A stretch of DNA of 64,000 nt from Victivallales bacterium (GTDB lineage Bacteria > Verrucomicrobiota > Lentisphaeria > Victivallales > Victivallaceae), in assembly GCA_963678305.2 (NCBI GenBank), contig CAXXVV010000008.1:34437-98436 (forward strand), read 5' to 3'. The notes beneath the pieces are model-generated. The model saw only the letters and a list, made by a program, of their open reading frames with translations. It was not told where the DNA came from and ran no database searches. Numbering within the stretch: position 1 is the first letter of the stretch; each line of letters starts with the position of its first letter. The position numbers and the translations under genes are program-made. Shown one piece after another: positions 54,772-64,000 of the stretch.

Positions 54772-57700
54772 ATGAAAAATACCTTGTGCCTTGGAATTGC
54801 GCTCTTTCAATTTGCCGCCTTTGGCGGCTGGAACTCAAATAAAATTGATCTTGAACCACTCAATGGCGGCCCGCAAATAATTTCCGAAACCTGTTCCCTG
54901 GATGGCGTCTGGAAAGTTTCCAATGTTCAGAAAAGTCATCAGCGCCCGGAAGTAAAGCAGGCTATACGAAGCAAAAACTACCTTCCGGCCACCAATACCG
55001 CCAGCTGGCACAATATAACCGTCCCGCATTACAACTGGCACAAGCAATTCCCGCACACATTTCCCGACCCGGCAAAGAAATACAAAGGATACAGTTTCAC
55101 CGATCGCCAGTCCACTTATGCCGACGGCTGGTTCAGTAAACAGTTTAATGTTCCTTCCTCTTTAAAAGGAAAACGCATATATTTAAAATTCGGCGCCATC
55201 GCCTGGGAATCGCACATCTGGGTTAACGGTAAAAAGGCCGGAAGCCATCAAGGCAGTTTTACCGGGTTCAAGCTTGATATAACCAGCCTGATTCAGTTTG
55301 ATAAACCGAATACCCTGAGAATATGGGTTTATAATGATTTTGGCGAACGTCCCGTCAGACATACTTACGGCAAAATGTTTTTCCCCGCATCAAACGTCGG
55401 CGGGATATATGGTTCAGTCGAACTTGAGGCCCTGTCCTGGATAAATGTTTCCCGCTGCTTGATCACCCCAAGACTCAAGTCCAATGCGGTTGAATTTGAT
55501 TTAAAAATAACCAATAAAACTCAAAAAGAACAAAAACTTGCCATATCGGTGGTTCTTGAAGGCTTGCTGTCCGGTAAAAAAGGTAAAATCGTTAAATTCA
55601 ATGCCGGAAATATTGAACTAAACACATCACAGGACAGCGCTCAGTTCACACTGAAACTTGACAAGCCGGAACTATGGACCCCGGCCCGGCCCTATCTTTA
55701 TAACGTATATATAGTTTTGCGCAACAAACAGTCAGGCAAGGTTGTTTCCTACTACAAAGACCGGTTCGGATTCCGCGAATTTGTTGCCAAAGGCAATAAG
55801 TTCTTCCTGAACGGCAAGCGCATCAGACTCTACTGCGGCAATATCCGCAGTGCCGGAGGCTGGGAGGTTTATGAGCCGGATAACCTGAAAAGCCGTCAGT
55901 TTATGCGTCGCCAAATAGCATCCGGAGCGAACACTATCCGTTATCACATAGCCGGAGCCGATTCGCACCGTCTTCTCGCAATGGCTGACGAAGAAGGCTT
56001 GCTGATAATCAGCGAGTTCCCGATGTTCCACCGGGTCTTTCACCACCTTGCGTTTAAAAATCCGGCGGACAGAAAAGTATTTATGGATAATGTCCTCTAC
56101 GAATGGAAAGAACGACTTTACCGCGACTACAACCATCCGTCCTGCGTGGTTTGGTCCCTGAGCAATGAAGTCTGGACCGATTCCACGGTTGATGAACTTA
56201 ATGAAATTTATACTGCAATGAAACCCCTGGACAAGCAGAACCGGCCGATGAGCGCCGGGTCCGGCCTGTATTCATTCGGCATTCCTACGTTGAAAGTCAA
56301 AACCGATTTCTGGGATGCCCATTTGTATAATCTGGTTTCTCAGATTCCATATACCTGCTCAAAAGCCGACTTTGACCGTTATTTTGCCGGCCTGGTGAAA
56401 GTATATGGTAAACTGGATAGGCCAAGCGCGGCATTTGAATGTCTTTTAATCGGGGCCGGCCGCCCCCCGGCCAGAATACCTTATAATAAAGAATTGAAAG
56501 TTGATGAGTACCTGAAACTGCTGAATGCGACAAAATCGCAGGACGTGGCATATTTTGGCTTGCGGCATTTTCTCGCCTGGCGGGACGGCGGTTCATGGCT
56601 GGCGGACAACATTTCAAAAAAGGCGGTTGAGGAGTTTCGCAAAGAAACCAGAATTCAAGGCTTCCATCCCTGGTGGCCCAACCGTAACCGGATATTTCCG
56701 GCATATAAGCTCATCACTTCACCGGTTTTCATTGGTGCCGAACAACTCCCGAAAAACCAGTTTGCCGGTAAAAAGTTCCAGTTTAACGCAGTTCTGATCA
56801 AAGATCCTTTACGGGAAATCAAAACATCATGCTCTGCTGAGATAACCGACAAAAGCGGCAAATGTATTGCAAGCAGCAAATTTACTGCGCTTCTTTCAGC
56901 AGACAAAGATAAAACCATTGTTCCGGTTTCAATAAATATTCCCGAAAGCGTCAAAACCGGATTCTATAAACTTGATTTAAAGCTGAAAGCAGGAAACATC
57001 CAGAAAAATCACAACTACTACTCCATTTATATACTGAACCGGCGAAATCTGCCGCTGCTTAAATCAAAGGAAACCATTGCGATTTATGAAGATTCCCCGG
57101 AACTCAGCAATATTCTTAAAAACAACAAACTGAAATACACAGTAATGAACGATCTTAAGGATATAAAAGAATATAAACAACTCGCAGTACATATTACCGG
57201 GGCCAAAGCCTGGCACAAGTTCGTCGAAAACGGAAACGCAATCAGACAGTGGGTCAAAAAAGGAAACCGTCTGCTGATCATGGAAATCCCGGTCACCGGT
57301 TCCCTTAACTGGATTTTCAACGGCTATGAAATCAATAAAGATGATTCCGGTTTTCAAACTACTTCTATATTAATGGAACCGGTCGTCAGACAGCATCCGG
57401 TATTTAAAGGGCTTACGGTAGAAAACTTTGATACCCTGAACGGGGAACGCGGTATAGTCGGGAATGCCCTGCTGTTTCCATTGTCCGACAATCTGCTTGG
57501 TGCCGGTTTTGTCGCCAGCAAAGAAAAGGCCGGAGGACTTGTTTTTGAAGCGAAAGTCAGCAAAGGAAGTTGCATTATCTCCCAGGTGAAAGCAATAAAC
57601 CGCTATAATTCAGATTCCAGTGCGACGTTATATTTGCACAATCTGCTTAATTATTTCAGCAGCGGCAAAAGTCTGGCCGGGCCATTACTGAAAATCAGCG

Positions 57701-58794
57701 ATTTCGGAGTTCGGGCCCTGCTGTCTAAAATCAAAAACTCGGAATGCACCCCCATCGACATATCTAAAGCCGTCAACCGCGGCTTACGTGATGAAACTGC
57801 CAAAGACGGCAAAGGCGGCTGGACCGATGCCGGACATTCGGATTTTCGTCAGGCACCGGTAGGCAACAACAAATTTATCCAGATACCGTACAAGATCATC
57901 AACCCTGACAAAAACGGCAATCGAGCCGCAATCATCCTAAAAGGCGGTAGAACGCCGGAATTTCCAGTTGAAGTCAAAATAAATAATATAAACCGGAAAT
58001 ACCGCAGGCTTTTCTTCTTCCATACTTCATGGTATATGAAAAGAGACTCAAAAGTTATGGACTATATTATAAACTACGCTGACGGTTCCAAAGCGAAGTT
58101 TGAGATCATAGCAGGAAAAGATATCGGCGACTGGTACGCCCCCAGCGACCTGGCCAATGCGGCGGTTGCCTGGAGCGGTAAACATCCCGTCGTCAATGCC
58201 CCGTTCGGCTACTATATAACCCCCTGGGATAACCCGTCGCCTGACAAGACGATTGCTGATATTGAAATTGTCAGCAAGGGAGATACTACTCCGATAACCC
58301 TTGGCATAACCGGTCAGGCAAATGTCGATTTTGCCTCAAAAATCAAGCATCCATGGAATTTCTCCAACATGGACAATATTGCAAAAGAAATAAGCATTAA
58401 GCCAATAAAGCGTCAGGCCGGTCTGTATACCTTCAAACTGACCAACCAGCACGGCTGGCTGGGACTTAACCTTTACGGCAACAAAGTTGACGCAACAAAA
58501 TGGAAACGTCTGAAATTCGCGTTAAAGGCGGCAAATCCGGTTTTAGTCAAAGTTATCTGCTTCTCTCCAAGCGGCGACAACGCAACCTGCGACAGGATAC
58601 CTCCGATAAAGAAAGTTGGCAACTGGAGCTATTATGACGTCGATCTGGAAACCATCAAATGGCGCTGGGGAACCAGTCCCGACGCAAAACAATGGGGCGG
58701 CAGAGACAAGACAGTAGTAATGTTGGCCCTGGATTTCACATCGAAAAAAGGTTCCGTCATCGATTTAAAACCAGTCTGCCTATACCAGGATTGA
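54772..58794 (+). CDS. Secreted glycoside hydrolase family 2-like enzyme with a roughly 700-aa uncharacterised C-terminal extension
   Basis: Signal peptide. GH2 sugar-binding domain (WHNITVPHYNW...DGWFSKQF...KRIYLKFGAIAWESHIWVNGKKAGSHQGSFTGFKLDIT). TIM-barrel blocks NTIRYH and NHPSCVVWSLSNE (acid/base Glu). Confidence 0.75.
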   Translation: MKNTLCLGIALFQFAAFGGWNSNKIDLEPLNGGPQIISETCSLDGVWKVSNVQKSHQRPEVKQAIRSKNYLPATNTASWHNITVPHYNWHKQFPHTFPDPAKKYKGYSFTDRQSTYADGWFSKQFNVPSSLKGKRIYLKFGAIAWESHIWVNGKKAGSHQGSFTGFKLDITSLIQFDKPNTLRIWVYNDFGERPVRHTYGKMFFPASNVGGIYGSVELEALSWINVSRCLITPRLKSNAVEFDLKITNKTQKEQKLAISVVLEGLLSGKKGKIVKFNAGNIELNTSQDSAQFTLKLDKPELWTPARPYLYNVYIVLRNKQSGKVVSYYKDRFGFREFVAKGNKFFLNGKRIRLYCGNIRSAGGWEVYEPDNLKSRQFMRRQIASGANTIRYHIAGADSHRLLAMADEEGLLIISEFPMFHRVFHHLAFKNPADRKVFMDNVLYEWKERLYRDYNHPSCVVWSLSNEVWTDSTVDELNEIYTAMKPLDKQNRPMSAGSGLYSFGIPTLKVKTDFWDAHLYNLVSQIPYTCSKADFDRYFAGLVKVYGKLDRPSAAFECLLIGAGRPPARIPYNKELKVDEYLKLLNATKSQDVAYFGLRHFLAWRDGGSWLADNISKKAVEEFRKETRIQGFHPWWPNRNRIFPAYKLITSPVFIGAEQLPKNQFAGKKFQFNAVLIKDPLREIKTSCSAEITDKSGKCIASSKFTALLSADKDKTIVPVSINIPESVKTGFYKLDLKLKAGNIQKNHNYYSIYILNRRNLPLLKSKETIAIYEDSPELSNILKNNKLKYTVMNDLKDIKEYKQLAVHITGAKAWHKFVENGNAIRQWVKKGNRLLIMEIPVTGSLNWIFNGYEINKDDSGFQTTSILMEPVVRQHPVFKGLTVENFDTLNGERGIVGNALLFPLSDNLLGAGFVASKEKAGGLVFEAKVSKGSCIISQVKAINRYNSDSSATLYLHNLLNYFSSGKSLAGPLLKISDFGVRALLSKIKNSECTPIDISKAVNRGLRDETAKDGKGGWTDAGHSDFRQAPVGNNKFIQIPYKIINPDKNGNRAAIILKGGRTPEFPVEVKINNINRKYRRLFFFHTSWYMKRDSKVMDYIINYADGSKAKFEIIAGKDIGDWYAPSDLANAAVAWSGKHPVVNAPFGYYITPWDNPSPDKTIADIEIVSKGDTTPITLGITGQANVDFASKIKHPWNFSNMDNIAKEISIKPIKRQAGLYTFKLTNQHGWLGLNLYGNKVDATKWKRLKFALKAANPVLVKVICFSPSGDNATCDRIPPIKKVGNWSYYDVDLETIKWRWGTSPDAKQWGGRDKTVVMLALDFTSKKGSVIDLKPVCLYQD

Positions 58795-58948
58795 GCATTT
58801 GCAATCACCTCTTTGGGGCTTGCGAGGGGATTGAGGGGGGATTTCTTGAAATAAGTTTGGCCGGGTTCATGCTGCTGCTGGATAGCGGGTTATGTTACAT
58901 TTTTGGGTGATCCTGATTACTTTTTTGTAAAATTTATTAGAATTCAGT

Positions 58949-58978
58949 TTGCAAAATCCCTGCTTGATGGCATATTAA
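58949..58978 (+). promoter_or_regulatory. rrn promoter candidate P1 (TTGCAA-17/18-ATATTAA)
   Basis: Part of a 56-nt segment duplicated at 59103-59158. Confidence 0.5.
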
Positions 58979-59103
58979 AAGCCGCTAAAGAAAACAGCGT
59001 GTTAAATTGATAAATAATCAAAGATCCTGATATGTCCCCGGTCTCAAGTGTTCAAGCTTGAATCCCGGCTTGAAAAAAATCTGAAAAAAATAACGTTTCC
59101 GAT

Positions 59104-59133
59104 TTGCAAAAATTCAAGGTTGTGGCATATTAT
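59104..59133 (+). promoter_or_regulatory. rrn promoter candidate P2 (TTGCAA-17/18-ATATTAT)
   Basis: Second copy of the duplicated promoter segment. Confidence 0.5.
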
Positions 59134-59301
59134 GAGCCGCTGCAGAAAACAGCGTGTTGTAATCAATACATTACTCTTCCACGAAACTGGAAATCATTAC
59201 TTTAGTCGTCCTGCTTCCGCAAGGAGCGAATGCGACTGAAGTATGAAGCAGAGATTCGTGCTTCTTCGAAAGAAGGAAAAAAATCAAAAAAAGTGATAAA
59301 C

Positions 59302-59329
59302 TTGATTTGCATTGTTTAAAGAGTATGAT
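59302..59329 (+). promoter_or_regulatory. Possible third rrn promoter (TTGATT-16-TATGAT)
   Basis: Hexamer match only. About 265 nt upstream of the mature 16S. Confidence 0.3.
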
Positions 59330-59591
59330 AAATTAAAAATCTGTCGCGCTTACTGTGAGACAGTTTTGAGCGGAGTAAAATCTCCGTGAGATGTTTGAAA
59401 ATTGAATAGTATGATGTAGGTCAACGAAAACCTTTGAAAATCCGGAAGTCTTAGTCGTCTTCCGGTCTATAAGAATAACATTCTTGTAGTTCCTGATACT
59501 AATTCAGCGGAATTAGTATTTTTAATCTTTTAAGCAAGATTAAATTTTCTGAAAAGTATATAAACCGTCTGATCGGTTTAAAATACAATTT

Positions 59592-61120
<1,529 letters not shown>

Positions 61121-61358
61121 TAATCCTGATCTGGCACTGATCGTTTGCATAATGTAAACGACATTAACCGCCAGTTGTCAGGATACGGATGAGTTCCAAC
61201 CAGGTCGCAACCAGGTTGGATATGGATGCCGGTAACGGTATCAAGTTAATCTGCATCATACTATTCAGTTTTCAAACGTGTTGTTTGAAGAATTGAAATG
61301 AACCCCTTTAGTTGAAGTCTGAAAAGATAGATACCAACGGTAAGGATTTGAACTAAAC

Positions 61359-61435
61359 GGGCGTATAGCTCAGTTGGTTAGAGCGCGTCCCTGATAAGGA
61401 CGAGGTCCCTGGTTCAAATCCAGGTACGCCCACCA
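61359..61435 (+). tRNA. tRNA-Ile (GAT), CCA encoded
   Basis: Cloverleaf read by eye: acceptor GGGCGTA/TACGCCC, anticodon loop CTGATAA, T-loop TTCAAAT. Confidence 0.95.
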
Positions 61436-61490
61436 GTCCGTACGACGGACCGCGATGTTTAGTTGAAGGAGTAAATTTTGAGCTGTAATT

Positions 61491-61518
61491 AATTTACAAA
61501 TTTACAAATTTACAAATT
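61491..61518 (+). repeat. Octamer microsatellite (AATTTACA) x3.5 between the spacer tRNAs
   Basis: Read directly from the sequence. Confidence 0.9.
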
Positions 61519-61533
61519 CTCAATTGAATTTAC

Positions 61534-61610
61534 GGGGCTGTAGCTCAGTTGGCTAGAGCACCTGCTTTGCAAGCAGGATGTCCAGGGTTCGAATCCCTGT
61601 AGCTCCACCA
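61534..61610 (+). tRNA. tRNA-Ala (TGC), CCA encoded, with the G3:U70 identity pair
   Basis: Acceptor GGGGCTG/TAGCTCC, anticodon loop TTTGCAA, T-loop TTCGAAT. Confidence 0.95.
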
Positions 61611-61998
61611 TTTTTTACGAAGAAGCACGATAAAAACAGTTGTGCTGGAAGTGAAAAATGCAGTTGCAAGGGTTTCAAAGATTTCGATTATACGGCGCAA
61701 GCCTTATAATATAAGGAATTCGCTTAGTTATGTTCGAAGGATTAAAAGGAAGTCGTTCCTTTTTGGATCATTCGTAATTCCTAATTCGTAATTCCTGATT
61801 CCGCCTAACGGCGGGGTGTTGTTTGATAATTGAAGAAGGTTTTAGAAAATGTCTAATACCGCAAAAAAAAGCAACTTAGTTGAAATAATAAGCCGAATTA
61901 TATTTTAGCATGAGTTTCAGTTGCTGATTATTGACTTTAATGAATAATTAAGGTCGGAAAAGTAATGGAGAAAATCATGTTTGAAAACATTTTTTGGT

Positions 61999-64000
<2,002 letters not shown>

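Noticed and set aside
59309-59325. A boxA-like string. The reverse complement of GCATTGTTTAAAGAGTA reads ...CTCTTTAAACAATGC, close to the rrn antitermination boxA GCTCTTTAACAA.
   Set aside because: It is on the non-transcribed orientation relative to the rrn operon and overlaps a candidate promoter spacer. It cannot act as an RNA boxA.
61491-61518. Could the short repeats in the window be a CRISPR array?
   Set aside because: They are contiguous 8-nt and 14-nt microsatellites inside the rRNA spacer, with no spacers between them. I saw no repeat-spacer architecture or cas genes anywhere in the window.

Overview
This is a chromosomal, mostly housekeeping window from a Gram-negative bacterium with moderate GC. 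I place it in the PVC superphylum (Lentisphaerota, Kiritimatiellota or Verrucomicrobiota-like). The placement rests on three things: a prepilin-type H-X9-DG (DUF1559-like) protein beside a giant glycoside hydrolase, a GntR-HTH/LacI-ligand hybrid regulator, and a 16S rRNA reading CCTGCGGGAGGCTGCAG at the universal 341F site. It is an inference, not a database hit.

Gene content from left to right:
- A partial secreted helical-repeat protein, mnmG, and an orphan OppC-type permease.
- A MacB-type ABC/FtsX/HlyD efflux operon, then fbaA.
- A low-GC gap of about 0.9 kb with a near-consensus promoter but no confident gene, followed by an FHA-TM protein.
- A four-gene ECF sigma / anti-sigma / secreted coiled-coil / NodB-like module.
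- mutT-like Nudix, a sugar-phosphate isomerase, an LpxL-like acyltransferase, a PD-(D/E)XK-like hypothetical, and rpsA.
- An AllA-like cupin and YitT.
- znuACB translationally coupled to a CPA1 Na+/H+ antiporter.
- A RayT/IS200-like HUH transposase homologue, a HAD hydrolase, rnpB (RNase P RNA), apt, a metallophosphoesterase, a GT9 heptosyltransferase, mtnA and a GT2.
- An orphan PAS histidine kinase carrying a 4-Cys motif, and an XRE pair.
- A URO-D-like gene with a divergent AraC regulator, CapA and a VOC protein.
- The 5' end of the dcw cluster (mraZ-rsmH-ftsL-ftsI only).
- DUF4184, a duplicated YcxB-like membrane protein, and an 864-aa aromatic-repeat lipoprotein.
- Two tandem QueG/RdhA-superfamily Fe-S paralogues with an IclR regulator and a long hairpin-rich leader.
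- A regulator / pseudopilin-like / 1340-aa GH2 locus.
- An rrn operon (16S, tRNA-Ile, tRNA-Ala, 5' two thirds of 23S) running off the right edge.

I found no CRISPR array, prophage or obvious defence island.

The candidates I rate most worth follow-up are:
- the tandem QueG/RdhA-like pair and its structured leader;
- the aromatic-repeat lipoprotein and its YcxB-like neighbour;
- the helically phased GGG array in front of mraZ;
- the promoter-bearing low-GC gap.

All functional calls come from motif recognition by eye. No searches were run.
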